A stretch of DNA of 60,670 nucleotides from an uncultured Muribaculaceae bacterium (GTDB taxonomy: Bacteria; Bacillota_I; Bacilli_A; RF39; UBA660): NCBI GenBank assembly GCA_964369355.1, contig CAYJEO010000001.1:31090-91759 (forward strand), given 5' to 3'. This document shows, piece after piece, positions 18,544 to 29,698 of the stretch. Position numbers and translations under genes: made by a program. The stretch's first letter is position 1. The number at the start of each line of letters is the position of its first letter. The notes beneath the pieces are model-generated. The model saw only the letters and a list, made by a program, of their open reading frames with translations, made no database searches and had not been told where the DNA came from.

Positions 18544-21500
18544 TTAAAATAAACTTAATTGACTAGATTCATCCATACCATCTAAAATACCCATAGATCT
18601 TAATTTTTCAATTAAAGTAGATGATACTTTAGCTCTTTTTTGTAAATCTTCGATACTTAAAAATTCACCTTTTTGTCTTTCTTCAACTATTTTTTTAGCA
18701 ACAGTATCTCCAAGACCTTCTATAGTACTAAAAGGCGGAATTAAAGTATTATCATCTTTTACTATAAATGTATTTGAATCACTTTCTAAAAGATTAATAT
18801 TAGTAAATTTTAATCCCCTAGCCGTCATTTCTAATGCTAATTTTAAGCACTCTAATACAGCACTTTCTTTATTTGTAGCTTCATAACCTTTATTAACTAT
18901 TTCAGTCATTTTGTTTTTTATTGCATCATACCCTTTAATCATTGATTCAATATCAAAATCAACTGCTTTAGTGGTAAACCATGAAGCATAAAAATATTGA
19001 GGATGATGCACTTTGTAATAAGCAATTCTAAAAGCTGAAGTTACATAAGCGGTAGCATGTGCTTTAGGGAACATGTACTTGATTTTTCTACATGATTCAA
19101 TATACCAATCTTCAATACCTGCTTCTTTCATTTCTTCTGCAAAAGATGCCCAAGTTTCAGGATCTTTAGAAGCTCTACCTTTACGAACAAACTCCATTAT
19201 TTTAAATGCTTTAATAGGTTTCATGCCTTTATACATTAAGTATACCATTATATCATCACGACATCCGATAACTTCTTTAAAGGGCACTATTTTGTTTTTA
19301 ATTAATTCTTGAGCATTTCCTACCCATACATCAGTCCCATGAGATAATCCAGATATTTTAACTAATTCTCCAAATGTTGTAGGTTTAGTTTCTGCTACTA
19401 AAGCTACTGTAAAAGGAGTTCCAAATTCTGGAATACCTAAAGTACCTGTTTCACATAAAATTTGTTCTTTAGTAACTCCTAAATTATCAGGAGATAAAAA
19501 TATACCCATTGTTTTTTTATCATCTAAAGGAACTTCTAATACATTGTGATTTGAATAATCTTGAATTAATCTTAATTGTGTTGGATCTGAATGACCTAAG
19601 ATATCTAATTTAAGTAAATCTTGGTCAATTGCATGGTAATCAAAATGAGTTGTTTTCCAAGCTGAATTAACATCATCAGCCGGGAAGCCAAAAGGTGTAA
19701 AATCATATACATCCATATAATCTGGCACTACTACTATTCCTCCTGGATGTTGTCCCGTTGTTCTTTTAACACCAACACATCCTTGAGCTAAGCGTTCTAC
19801 TTCTGCTGTACGCATAGTAATTCCTTTTTCTTCTGAATATCCTTTAACATATCCGAATGCAGTCTTATCAGCAACTGTACCTATAGTACCTGCTCTAAAT
19901 ACATTATCTTCTCCGAATAATACTTTAGTATATTCATGGGCTGCTGCTTGATTTAAATCAGAAAAATTTAAATCTATATCTGGAACTTTATCGGCATTAA
20001 ATCCTAAGAAAGTGGCGAATGGCATATCGTTTCCTTCTTTTTTCATATTTGCATTACATTTAGGACAATTCATATCAGGTAAATCAAATCCTGAAGAATA
20101 ATCTGCTCCTAAAGATACTCCATCTATTTCAAAAATTGAATTTTGACAATTAGGACAAATATAATGAGCTGATAATGGATTAACTTCTGTTATTCCCATC
20201 ATCGTTGCTACAAAAGAAGAACCAACAGATCCTCTTGAACCTACTATATAACCATCGTCGTTAGATTTTTTAACTAACTTTTGTGAAATTAAATAGATAA
20301 CATCAAATCCTCCACCGATAATACCACCTAGGTTTTTATCTATTGCTTTTTCTATATTTTCTATATTTGGATCTTCTTTTAATAGTTTTTGTTTTACTAT
20401 CTCTCTTACACTTTCATAACCACTTCTAATAACTTCATTTAGTTTAGAATATAATTGTGATTTATCTTCTAAGGTAGATTCAATAACAGAAATAAATCCA
20501 TCTCCGTATAGTTCTTTTGCAATACGTTCTTCTATATTAAAAGGTAGTGGACTACCATATAAAGATGTAGCTTTATCATAAACTAAATCTATAGTTATTT
20601 GTTGTGAATTTTCTATTTTGGGTGAAAATGGAACTCCACCTGTTTCAATAATAACTTCAATTATTTCTACACAATCAGCTATTTTATTTGTATTTTCTAT
20701 AACAATTAATTTCTTAACTTCATCATCTAAAAAACTAAAAGCTTCTAACATATTTTTAGTAGTTCTAAAGTGATTTGATGGAATATCAGTAATTCCTTTT
20801 CTAGCTAGTGGATGTCTTCCGCCACCTGGAACTTTTTGATTAACAATAATTTGTCTATAAATTTTGTCATCTTCTTTTATATGATGAACATCTCCTGTTG
20901 CTACTACTAAAATACCAGTATCCATACCTACTCTAATTATTTTTTTAACATGTTCTTCTAATTCTTGTTTTGAACCAAAATCACCTGATTGTAATAAATG
21001 GTCGTAACATTCTAATGGTTGTACTTCTACATAATCATAAAAGTTCATTAAATTAGCAATTTCTTCATCTGCTTTACTTCTTGCTTCAATAAATATTTCA
21101 GATTCATAACATCCACTACCTATTAATAAACCTTCTTTATGTTTTTCTATTTCACTTCTAAGAATTCTAGGTGTTTTATATAAATATTTAGTATTAGCCA
21201 TAGATAATAATTTAAATAAATTTTTTAAACCTGTTTTATCTTTTACTAATATATTTACGTGAAAAGCACGCCCAAATTTATGTATTTCATCAACAGACAC
21301 TAATTTAGTTAAATCATTAATTGATTCAAAGTTTCTTTCAACTAATTTTTTTAACATTTTATGGAACACTAAAGCAGTACCTTTAGCATCATAATCTGCT
21401 CTATGGTGAGCATTTTCATCAAACGCTACATCATATCTTTTAACTAATGCTGATAAACTATGTCTTGCAAAGTTATTATCCAAAGTACGTGACAATTCTA

Positions 21501-23097
21501 ATGTATCAATTAAAGTATTTTTATAAGTACCTAAATTATATTTTTTATAGGCCATCTCTAAGAAAGATAAGTCAAATTTAGCATTGTGTGCAACCATTGG
21601 TAAATCTGAAAACCATTCAATAAATCTTTTAATAGCATTTTCTTCATTGTCTTTATCTGCTAACATGTCATCGGTTATATTAGTTATTTCAGTTATTTTT
21701 ACTGGTAATTTTCTACCAGGATTTATTAATTCGTTAAAGGTATCAATAATTTCTCCGTTACATATTTTAACTGCCCCTATTTCAATAATAGTATCTAGTC
21801 CACCGGCATTAAAACCTGTTGTTTCAAAGTCAAATACAACATACGTATTATCAAGTAATTTAGTATCATTAGGTCTAATTACAATATTAACTGTATCATC
21901 TATCATTGTAAGTTCTGTTCCATATATGACTTTAAATTTCTTATCTTCTTCTACACCTTTATTTAAATCACATACCAAATGATAAGCATCAGGGAAAGCT
22001 TGAGCACTATTATGATCTGTTATTGCTATTGCTTTATGCCCCCATTTTTTAGCTGTTTTAATTAGTGCTTTAACATCACTTAATCCATCCATTTGACTCA
22101 TTTTAGTATGAGTATGTAACTCTACTCTTTTATTTTCTTCTAAATCTATTTCTTCCCATTCGATTCTTTCTAATTTATTAATATCAGATACTGAAAAAAC
22201 TAATTCTTTAGAATATAAATCATCTTTTATATTTCCACGAAGTTTTAACCAAGCACCTTTTTTTACATTTTTTAAAACTGCTATTAATTCTTCTTCTGAA
22301 TTTATAAACATTTTAGCATACATACTATCTGTGTAATCTGTTAGTTTTAATGTTAATATGCGTAGATCTGTTTTAGTTGTACGAATATCAACATCTGCAA
22401 AAACATAACCTTCGATTGTTATATTATTTTGTGGTGCTATTATATTATTTATAGTAGTAATATCAGTATTAATTAATCTTCCGTATATAACATCTTCATT
22501 ATCTGATAGAGTTTTATTTTTTCTTGGGTATTTTGGCTGTTCTACAACTGTTTCTTTTTTTACTTCAACAGGCATTTTTATTTGTTTAGTAGCTTCTATT
22601 TCTTTTTGTAATTCAATACTAGCGTCTAAATCTATTTCTAAATTAAATTTAATATTAGTAAAACCTGCTTTATGTAATTCTTTTTCTAAAAATAATTTAA
22701 TAGTTTCAAAACGCATTATTTCTGCTTTATTAGCAAGTAATAATGTCACTTTATTTTCTTTATAATCTAAATTTATATTTTTAAACATTTCTACTAAAGG
22801 AGATTCCATAGTTTTAACTTCTATTAAATGTTTATAGTAATCACTTAAATATGAGTTATCATTAGTTTCAAATAAAACTGAAACTTTTTTAACAGAAGGA
22901 AATCCCTTTTTTAATAGTTGTTTAAATTCTAAATAAACATTTAGTGGTAAAATAGAATCATTTTTAATTATAAAATTATAAGAATCTTTTTGTTTGTTTC
23001 CAACAATACGTTCTAAAGATGATTTTTCAAAATAACAATAGTTACTTTCATCTAGTTTTATTTGCTCTAATAATATTTTTATTTTGTTTTCCATCAT
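18544..23097 (-). CDS. polC: DNA polymerase III alpha subunit, PolC type
   Basis: About 1517 aa. PHP domain (VELHTHTKMS), inserted proofreading exonuclease (VVFDFETTG), polymerase core (PDIDLNF), C-terminal HhH. The track start 23103 is a GTG inside the GGAG RBS; ATG at 23097 preferred. Confidence 0.95.
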   Translation of the reverse strand: MMENKIKILLEQIKLDESNYCYFEKSSLERIVGNKQKDSYNFIIKNDSILPLNVYLEFKQLLKKGFPSVKKVSVLFETNDNSYLSDYYKHLIEVKTMESPLVEMFKNINLDYKENKVTLLLANKAEIMRFETIKLFLEKELHKAGFTNIKFNLEIDLDASIELQKEIEATKQIKMPVEVKKETVVEQPKYPRKNKTLSDNEDVIYGRLINTDITTINNIIAPQNNITIEGYVFADVDIRTTKTDLRILTLKLTDYTDSMYAKMFINSEEELIAVLKNVKKGAWLKLRGNIKDDLYSKELVFSVSDINKLERIEWEEIDLEENKRVELHTHTKMSQMDGLSDVKALIKTAKKWGHKAIAITDHNSAQAFPDAYHLVCDLNKGVEEDKKFKVIYGTELTMIDDTVNIVIRPNDTKLLDNTYVVFDFETTGFNAGGLDTIIEIGAVKICNGEIIDTFNELINPGRKLPVKITEITNITDDMLADKDNEENAIKRFIEWFSDLPMVAHNAKFDLSFLEMAYKKYNLGTYKNTLIDTLELSRTLDNNFARHSLSALVKRYDVAFDENAHHRADYDAKGTALVFHKMLKKLVERNFESINDLTKLVSVDEIHKFGRAFHVNILVKDKTGLKNLFKLLSMANTKYLYKTPRILRSEIEKHKEGLLIGSGCYESEIFIEARSKADEEIANLMNFYDYVEVQPLECYDHLLQSGDFGSKQELEEHVKKIIRVGMDTGILVVATGDVHHIKEDDKIYRQIIVNQKVPGGGRHPLARKGITDIPSNHFRTTKNMLEAFSFLDDEVKKLIVIENTNKIADCVEIIEVIIETGGVPFSPKIENSQQITIDLVYDKATSLYGSPLPFNIEERIAKELYGDGFISVIESTLEDKSQLYSKLNEVIRSGYESVREIVKQKLLKEDPNIENIEKAIDKNLGGIIGGGFDVIYLISQKLVKKSNDDGYIVGSRGSVGSSFVATMMGITEVNPLSAHYICPNCQNSIFEIDGVSLGADYSSGFDLPDMNCPKCNANMKKEGNDMPFATFLGFNADKVPDIDLNFSDLNQAAAHEYTKVLFGEDNVFRAGTIGTVADKTAFGYVKGYSEEKGITMRTAEVERLAQGCVGVKRTTGQHPGGIVVVPDYMDVYDFTPFGFPADDVNSAWKTTHFDYHAIDQDLLKLDILGHSDPTQLRLIQDYSNHNVLEVPLDDKKTMGIFLSPDNLGVTKEQILCETGTLGIPEFGTPFTVALVAETKPTTFGELVKISGLSHGTDVWVGNAQELIKNKIVPFKEVIGCRDDIMVYLMYKGMKPIKAFKIMEFVRKGRASKDPETWASFAEEMKEAGIEDWYIESCRKIKYMFPKAHATAYVTSAFRIAYYKVHHPQYFYASWFTTKAVDFDIESMIKGYDAIKNKMTEIVNKGYEATNKESAVLECLKLALEMTARGLKFTNINLLESDSNTFIVKDDNTLIPPFSTIEGLGDTVAKKIVEERQKGEFLSIEDLQKRAKVSSTLIEKLRSMGILDGMDESSQLSLF

Positions 23098-23193
23098 ACC
23101 CACTCCATTAATAAATATTATACTAAAAAAAGACTAAAAATTATAGTCTTTTTATTAATTATTTATAGTTTGTTTTAACAAAAAAAGTAGAAT

Positions 23194-23901
23194 TTATCTA
23201 CTTTTTATAAATACAAATCTATCTTTGCCTTGTAAATCTTTTTTTACATCTACTTTTATATTAGAAAATTTACTTAATGCATAATTTTTAATAAAATCAC
23301 CTTGTGTATGTCCTATTTCAAAAGCAATAAGAAATTCGTTATTTAAATAATTACTACACTCATCTAATATTTTTTTATAAAAATATAATCCATTATCTAA
23401 TGCATATAAAGCTAAATGTGGTTCGTTATTTTTTACTAAATCCATAACTTCTTCTTTTATATCAATATAAGGTGGATTAGAAATAATAACATCATATTTT
23501 TTATTTATATTTTCAAATAAATCACCTTGATAAAAATTAATAGAAGCATCATTTAATAAAGCATTTTCTTTTGCTACTTCTAAAGCTTTATTAGATATAT
23601 CAGTAGCATCTACATTACAATTAAGTTCTTTTTTTAAAGTAATTGCTATACAACCAGAACCTGTACATAAATCTAATATAGAAACACTGTTTTTAAAATC
23701 TTTAATATATTTTATAGTATTTTCTACTAACTCTTCTGTTTCAAAGCGCGGTATTAATACATTTTCATTAACTTTAATATTATATCCATAAAAGTTAGTA
23801 GACCCAACTATATATTGAACAGGAATACCTTCATTAAATTTTTTAATACCCTCTTCTAACAAATCTTCTTTTAAATATTTTTTTAAATAATCAACAGACA
23901 T
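23194..23901 (-). CDS. prmC: Release factor glutamine N5-methyltransferase
   Basis: SAM motif LDLCTGSGCI and NPPY (ISNPPYI). Start codon overlaps the prfA stop (TAATG). At 235 aa it is shorter at the N-terminus than typical PrmC. Confidence 0.85.
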   Translation of the reverse strand: MSVDYLKKYLKEDLLEEGIKKFNEGIPVQYIVGSTNFYGYNIKVNENVLIPRFETEELVENTIKYIKDFKNSVSILDLCTGSGCIAITLKKELNCNVDATDISNKALEVAKENALLNDASINFYQGDLFENINKKYDVIISNPPYIDIKEEVMDLVKNNEPHLALYALDNGLYFYKKILDECSNYLNNEFLIAFEIGHTQGDFIKNYALSKFSNIKVDVKKDLQGKDRFVFIKSR

Positions 23902-24956
23902 TATTCACCACGTAATTTACGATTTTGATCTTCAGTAATTAATGCTTCAATAATTTCATCCATTGCTCCATCCATTACTCTATCTAGTTGTTTTGTAGTA
24001 AATCCAATTCTATGATCAGTTACTCTGTTTTGAGGATAATTGTAAGTTCTTATTTTTTCAGAACGATCTCCTGAACCTATTTTATCTTTTCTCTCAGCAC
24101 CAACTAATTCTTCTTGTTCTCTTAATTTTAAATCGTATAATCTAGTTTGTAATATTTTAATAGCTTTTTCTTTATTCTTAATTTGAGATCTTTCTGATTG
24201 AGAATAAACTATTACTCCTGTTGGAATATGAGTAAGTCTAACAGCTGAATCGGTAGTATTAACTGATTGCCCACCTGCTCCTGAAGATCTAGTAACATCT
24301 ACTCTTACTTCATTCATATCTAATTGGAAATCTACTTCTTCTGCTTCAGGCATTACTAAAACTGTAGCGGTTGAAGTTTGAACTCTACCATTACTTTCAG
24401 TTACTGGAATTCGCTGAACTCTGTGTGCTCCTGAATCGTATTTTAATTTAGAATAAACACTATCTCCTTTAATCATAAATTCGATTTGTGAAAATCCACC
24501 AGCAGTACCTTCTAAAGCTTCTAAAATTTCAGTTTTAAAACCTTGTTTTTCAGCATATCTACAATACATTCTATATAAATCACCTGCAAATATGTTTGCT
24601 TCATCTCCACCTGCAGCTCCACGAATTTCTAAAATTACGTTTTTACCATCATTAGGATCTTTTGGTAATAATAAAACTTCAAAAGTTGATTCTAATTTAG
24701 TTAATTGTTCTTGTAACATATCATGTTCTTCTTTAGCAAATTCACCTAATTCTGCATCTTTCATCATTTCTTTTGCTTCTTCAATACCATTTACTAAATT
24801 TTTATATTCTTGATAAGCATTATAAGCTTCATTTAAAGAAGCTAATTCTTTATTATATTCTAATGTTTTATTAAAATCTGTAATTACTTCTTGTTTCATT
24901 AACTCATCTTGTATTTCTTTATAGCGAGTTTCTATTGCGATTAATCTTTCTATCAT
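23901..24956 (-). CDS. prfA: Peptide chain release factor 1
   Basis: PVT anticodon-like tripeptide (RIPVTES) and GGQ motif (SGAGGQSVNTTDSAVR). Confidence 0.95.
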   Translation of the reverse strand: MIERLIAIETRYKEIQDELMKQEVITDFNKTLEYNKELASLNEAYNAYQEYKNLVNGIEEAKEMMKDAELGEFAKEEHDMLQEQLTKLESTFEVLLLPKDPNDGKNVILEIRGAAGGDEANIFAGDLYRMYCRYAEKQGFKTEILEALEGTAGGFSQIEFMIKGDSVYSKLKYDSGAHRVQRIPVTESNGRVQTSTATVLVMPEAEEVDFQLDMNEVRVDVTRSSGAGGQSVNTTDSAVRLTHIPTGVIVYSQSERSQIKNKEKAIKILQTRLYDLKLREQEELVGAERKDKIGSGDRSEKIRTYNYPQNRVTDHRIGFTTKQLDRVMDGAMDEIIEALITEDQNRKLRGE

Positions 24957-25044
24957 TTTATTACCTCCGTAAACTTTAAAAATTATACTATAATTTTATT
25001 AAATAATCAAATAATATTGCCTATTTGAATAAAAAAAGACGATA

Positions 25045-25473
25045 TTAGTCTTCGTCTATTTCTTCTTCAGCAATAATTGCTAAATCACCTAACTCATCTT
25101 CAGTTTCTAAATCTTCAGAATCATCGATTTCATCTATGTCAGTTTCTACTTCTTCTTCTTCGATTTCTTCCTCTTCTTCTTCAATGTGTTCTTCGTCTTC
25201 TAATTCATCTAATTCGATTTTTACTTTATGGTTAATTGCTAAATCCCATTCTCCACTATCAAGTAGTAAAAAACGTTTGTCTAAAGTTAAAGACGTATAA
25301 TAATCACCTATTTTTGCAGCATAATCATCATCTGAAAAACCAAGTAGTTCACATATCTTTTTAAATATAGTTGGTGTGTTTAAACATTTTTTTTCATCTT
25401 TTAATATTAAATTAGTTAAATCTGTATAAGATAAAACTTCTATTTCTTCTTTCGTCATTTTTTTTAAATTCAT
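25045..25473 (-). CDS. rpoE: DNA-directed RNA polymerase delta subunit
   Basis: N-terminal HARE-HTH-like domain (LSYTDLTNLILKD...PTIFKKICELLGFSDDDY) followed by a long Asp/Glu tail. Strong RBS AGGAGGA. Confidence 0.8.
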   Translation of the reverse strand: MNLKKMTKEEIEVLSYTDLTNLILKDEKKCLNTPTIFKKICELLGFSDDDYAAKIGDYYTSLTLDKRFLLLDSGEWDLAINHKVKIELDELEDEEHIEEEEEEIEEEEVETDIDEIDDSEDLETEDELGDLAIIAEEEIDED

Positions 25474-25527
25474 ATAATCCTCCTACTTTTTCTAATTTAT
25501 AATATGCTTAAATTATAAATTAATACA

Positions 25528-27222
25528 CTACATAGTTGTTGGAATATCAATTCCAAGTAAATCTAATGATGTTTTAATAATTTCATTAGACACTGCTAAT
25601 ATATTTAACCAATCATTTTTAACAGTCTCATCATCTAATCCTGTTATATGATTGTTTTGATAAAATATGTTACAAGCAACACATAAATCATAAACATACT
25701 CAGCTAAATAATGCGGTTTTCTTTCATAGAAAGTTGCATTTAATGATTTAGCAAAATTTAGGATTTGTAATCTTAAATTTCTATCAAATTCATTATAAAC
25801 TTTATTAGTAATTTCTTTATTATAAGAATTACCTTCTAATATTTTATTAATTCTTAAATAAGTATATAAAATATATGGTCCAGTTTTACCAGAAACCTCT
25901 GAAAACTTATTTAAGTCAAATACATAATCTTTTTTTCTAAAATTAATTAAATCTGCAAATTTAATAATTGCATTTACAATTATATTTAAATCACTATCAG
26001 ACATATCTTTATTAGATTCTTTTTTAGTAACAAATAATTCTTTTGCATTAATAAATAAATTTTCTAATTTAGGATTATCTCCAGATCTAGTTTTATATGG
26101 TTTACCATCTTCACCATTAACTGTACCATAACCTAAAAATTCTAAAGAATCATAATTATATAATCCACATAAATCAGCTGTTCTAAATACTTGCTCAAAA
26201 TGTAATTCTTGTCTGTTATCTACAACATATAAAATATGGTCTGGATTAAAATCTAATTTTCTTTGTAACATTGTTGCTAAATCTGTTGTTGAATAAAGGT
26301 AAGCACCATTGCTTTTTTGAAATACTAAAGGTGGCATTGTTGCTTTATCTGTATCTTTTTCTACTTCAACAATTAAAGCGCCATTACTTTCCTTTAATAA
26401 ATTTTTATTATTAAGTATTTCTTTTATTCCTTTAATATATTCAAATGAATGAGATTCACCATACCAAAGATCAAAATGAGCAGATAAATAATCATAATTT
26501 TTTCTTATATCAGCAACTGATACTTCAAATATTTTTTCCCAATATTTTCTTAATTCTAAATCTCCATCTTGTAAGTCTTTAACAATTAAAGCACATGCTT
26601 CTTTTATTTCTTCATCTTCTTTACAAATAGAACTCATTTCAGGATATATTTTATCTAAAAATTTAATATCTAATTCATTTAAATCAATATTATATTTTTT
26701 AATTCCATAAATAACTTGTCCAATTTGTAATCCAAAGTCTCCTAGGTGAGTATCTGAAATTATTTCATTATTGAAATATTTAATAATTCTTCTAATACTT
26801 TCTCCTACTACAGCAGTTCTCATATGACCTACATGTAGTGGTTTTGCAACATTTGCACCACCAAAATCAATTACGTATTTTTCTTTTTTAGAAAAATCTA
26901 AATTAGTATTTATATCATTAATTACTTCTTTTACTGAAGTAGTAATTAACTCATCACTTACAACTATATTTATAAAACCTGGTTTTACAAATTCTATTTT
27001 TTTAAAATATGTAGAAAAATTATCTATTTCATTTAATGCACACGTTAATAATTCTCCTATTTCAATTGGACTTTTTCTATACTCTTTTGTTAGTTTAAAT
27101 ACATCATCACATTGAAAATCACATAAATCTGGTCTATTTGAAGTAATTATTTTTACGTTTTCCACAGGAAAACTATTTTCATTAAAGACTTTTTTAAATA
27201 TTTGTTCTATAACATTTATCAT
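25528..27222 (-). CDS. argS: Arginine--tRNA ligase
   Basis: Class I HIGH-type motif PLHVGHMRT. 564 aa. DALR anticodon-binding C-terminus ending in M. Confidence 0.92.
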   Translation of the reverse strand: MINVIEQIFKKVFNENSFPVENVKIITSNRPDLCDFQCDDVFKLTKEYRKSPIEIGELLTCALNEIDNFSTYFKKIEFVKPGFINIVVSDELITTSVKEVINDINTNLDFSKKEKYVIDFGGANVAKPLHVGHMRTAVVGESIRRIIKYFNNEIISDTHLGDFGLQIGQVIYGIKKYNIDLNELDIKFLDKIYPEMSSICKEDEEIKEACALIVKDLQDGDLELRKYWEKIFEVSVADIRKNYDYLSAHFDLWYGESHSFEYIKGIKEILNNKNLLKESNGALIVEVEKDTDKATMPPLVFQKSNGAYLYSTTDLATMLQRKLDFNPDHILYVVDNRQELHFEQVFRTADLCGLYNYDSLEFLGYGTVNGEDGKPYKTRSGDNPKLENLFINAKELFVTKKESNKDMSDSDLNIIVNAIIKFADLINFRKKDYVFDLNKFSEVSGKTGPYILYTYLRINKILEGNSYNKEITNKVYNEFDRNLRLQILNFAKSLNATFYERKPHYLAEYVYDLCVACNIFYQNNHITGLDDETVKNDWLNILAVSNEIIKTSLDLLGIDIPTTM

Positions 27223-27596
27223 TTTATTACCTCGTATTCTAATAAATAACTTATTTCCACTTTGTCTGAATATATATCTTGAATGTATTCTATTAATAAT
27301 TTATTATCTTCTTTAATTATTTTTTTAGTTATTATTTTAATATCAATTTCCTTATTATAATTTTTTAATAAATATGAACCAAATGTTTCTTTGTTCAAAG
27401 TAAACTCAAGGTTAATTTCGTATTCTTTATTTTTTCTGTTTAAAGTAATAACATCATCATTTATTACTATTACATTATTAGTTAAATCATCTAAATAATT
27501 AATTTTATTGTTAGTTTTTAAAGCAATAGTTTCATAAATAGAAATATTTTTTTCATCACTTCTTTTAATACTTGCTTTTAATTTAATTTTTGACAT
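27219..27596 (-). CDS. DUF1934 (YwiB-like) beta-barrel protein
   Basis: 125 aa, overlaps argS by 4 nt. Same position as ywiB upstream of argS in Bacilli. Assignment rests mainly on size and synteny. Confidence 0.55.
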   Translation of the reverse strand: MSKIKLKASIKRSDEKNISIYETIALKTNNKINYLDDLTNNVIVINDDVITLNRKNKEYEINLEFTLNKETFGSYLLKNYNKEIDIKIITKKIIKEDNKLLIEYIQDIYSDKVEISYLLEYEVIK

Positions 27597-27727
27597 CTAA
27601 TCAACTTCTTATCTATAACACTTAACTGAGCGTAATTATAACACCAATATTAGACAAACGCAATACTTTTAAAATATTTTTGTTATATTTTTTTATAAAT
27701 ATTTAATACTAACATTAGAGGTGAGTT

Positions 27728-29671
27728 ATGAAACTTATTTATAAACTATTTAAAGTTGGTATTTTTTTAAGTATTATTGCTCTTTTATTATATGGTAGTT
27801 TATATTTAGTTGCATATTTTAAGACTCCATTAAATATAAAAAGTTTTAATTCCTATGTCTTATATGATAAAGATAATAACACTTACACAGCCTCTGCTGA
27901 TGAATGGGTTTTATTAGAAGATATAAGTCCTTATGTAATAGATGCTACTGTTGCAATTGAAGATAAAAATTTCTTTGATCATATAGGTTTTGATTATTTA
28001 AGAATGGTAGCTGCTATGTATAATAATGTTTTAGCAGGTGATACCGTACAAGGAGCTTCTACAATAACACAACAATATGCTAAAAATTTATTTTTATCTT
28101 TTGATAAGCAATGGAGTAGAAAAATTGAAGAAGCATGGTTAACAATCCAATTAGAAACTCACTATACTAAAGAAGAAATATTAGAAGGTTATTTAAACAC
28201 CATTAATTATGGTGGTGTTTTCGGAATAGAAAATGCTAGTAAATATTATTTTAATGTGTCTGCTAGTGACCTTACTTTAGCTCAAGCTTCGATATTAGCA
28301 GGAATCCCTAAAGGTCCTACTTTATATTCGCCTTTAATAAATGAACAAAATGCTATTGGAAGACAAAATTTAATTTTAAATGCGATGGTGGAAAATGATT
28401 TTATAAGTGAAGAACAAAAAGAAGACGCTCTAAATGAACAATTAATATATACTGCTTTAGAAGATGAAGATTATTTAAAGACTTTAATGTATTACCAAGA
28501 TGCTGTTATGGATGAACTTAAAAATATAAATAGCATCCCTGATTCATTTTTAGAAACAGGTGGTTTAAAAATATACACTAATTTAGATATGGAAGCTCAA
28601 AAGATATTAGAAACTAATATAGATGCTAATTTAACTACAGATGTAGAAGTAGCTTCAATTATGATTACCCCTGATGATGGAAAAGTTATAGCCTTAGTAG
28701 GAGGAAGAGACTACTCTGTTACTCAATTTAATAGAGCAATTGATGCTAACAGACAAGTAGGTTCTACTATTAAACCTTTTTTATATTATTCAGCCTTAGA
28801 AAACGGTTTTACTGCTTCTACCACTTTTATAAGTGAAGAAACTACTTTTGCTTTTGATGAAGATAAAACTTATTCTCCAAGTAACTTTAATAATAAATAT
28901 GCAAATGAACCTATTAGTATGGCAGCAGCATTATCTTATTCTGATAATATATATGCTGTTAAAACTCATATTTTTTTAGGTGAAGAAACTTTAGTTGATA
29001 TTTCTAAAAGAGTAGGAATTTCTTCTAGTTTTGACCCTATTCCTTCTCTAGCATTAGGCTCTCAAGAAATAAGTTTAATGGATTTAATGACCGGATACGC
29101 TGTTTTAGCTAATGAAGGAGTTAAAATAGAACCTTATTTTATTACTAAAGTAGAAGATTCTTCTGGCAATTTATTATATGAGCATAAAAAAGAAGAAGAT
29201 ATTATTTTAAATGAGAGTGTTGTTTATATATTAAGTGAATTATTAACTAATTGCTATAACTCTAGTTTTATTGATTATAATTACCCTACATGTGTAGGAA
29301 TAATACCTGAAATAACTAATAAATACGCAATAAAAACAGGTTCCACTGATACAGATTCTTTAATAGTAGGTTACAACAGTGATGTTTTATTAGGGGTTTG
29401 GAATGGATATGATGATAATAGAGATTTACTTCCAGCTGATGGAAGCGATAATAAATACATTTGGACTGATACTATGAATGATTATTTTAAAGATAAAACT
29501 GCCACTTGGTATGATATGCCTAATAACGTTGTTGCTTCTTTAGTTGATCCTATAACAGGGCAAGTAGATAATGATAATGACAATGTATTTTTATATTATA
29601 TAAAAGGAACCGAACCGATGGTTGATACTTCTTCTTTAGATACTTTAATACCTACAATTAAATTAGAATAA
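27728..29671 (+). CDS. Class A penicillin-binding protein (glycosyltransferase + transpeptidase)
   Basis: N-terminal TM anchor. GT51 motifs EDKNFFDHIGFD and GASTITQQ. Transpeptidase motifs STIKP (SxxK), YSDN (SxN), KTGST (KTG). Confidence 0.92.
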   Translation: MKLIYKLFKVGIFLSIIALLLYGSLYLVAYFKTPLNIKSFNSYVLYDKDNNTYTASADEWVLLEDISPYVIDATVAIEDKNFFDHIGFDYLRMVAAMYNNVLAGDTVQGASTITQQYAKNLFLSFDKQWSRKIEEAWLTIQLETHYTKEEILEGYLNTINYGGVFGIENASKYYFNVSASDLTLAQASILAGIPKGPTLYSPLINEQNAIGRQNLILNAMVENDFISEEQKEDALNEQLIYTALEDEDYLKTLMYYQDAVMDELKNINSIPDSFLETGGLKIYTNLDMEAQKILETNIDANLTTDVEVASIMITPDDGKVIALVGGRDYSVTQFNRAIDANRQVGSTIKPFLYYSALENGFTASTTFISEETTFAFDEDKTYSPSNFNNKYANEPISMAAALSYSDNIYAVKTHIFLGEETLVDISKRVGISSSFDPIPSLALGSQEISLMDLMTGYAVLANEGVKIEPYFITKVEDSSGNLLYEHKKEEDIILNESVVYILSELLTNCYNSSFIDYNYPTCVGIIPEITNKYAIKTGSTDTDSLIVGYNSDVLLGVWNGYDDNRDLLPADGSDNKYIWTDTMNDYFKDKTATWYDMPNNVVASLVDPITGQVDNDNDNVFLYYIKGTEPMVDTSSLDTLIPTIKLE

Positions 29672-29698
29672 AAAAAATAGACTTTTATAGTCTATTTT
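29670..29698. terminator. Bidirectional terminator between the PBP gene and the 445-aa gene
   Basis: ATAGACT-tttat-AGTCTAT hairpin (29677-29695) flanked by A- and T-runs. Confidence 0.6.

Noticed and set aside
27597-27727. T-box leader upstream of the DUF1934-argS operon.
   Set aside because: The region is only ~130 nt and shared with a divergent gene. It has no GGTGGTACCGCG-like T-box sequence and no terminator/antiterminator pair.
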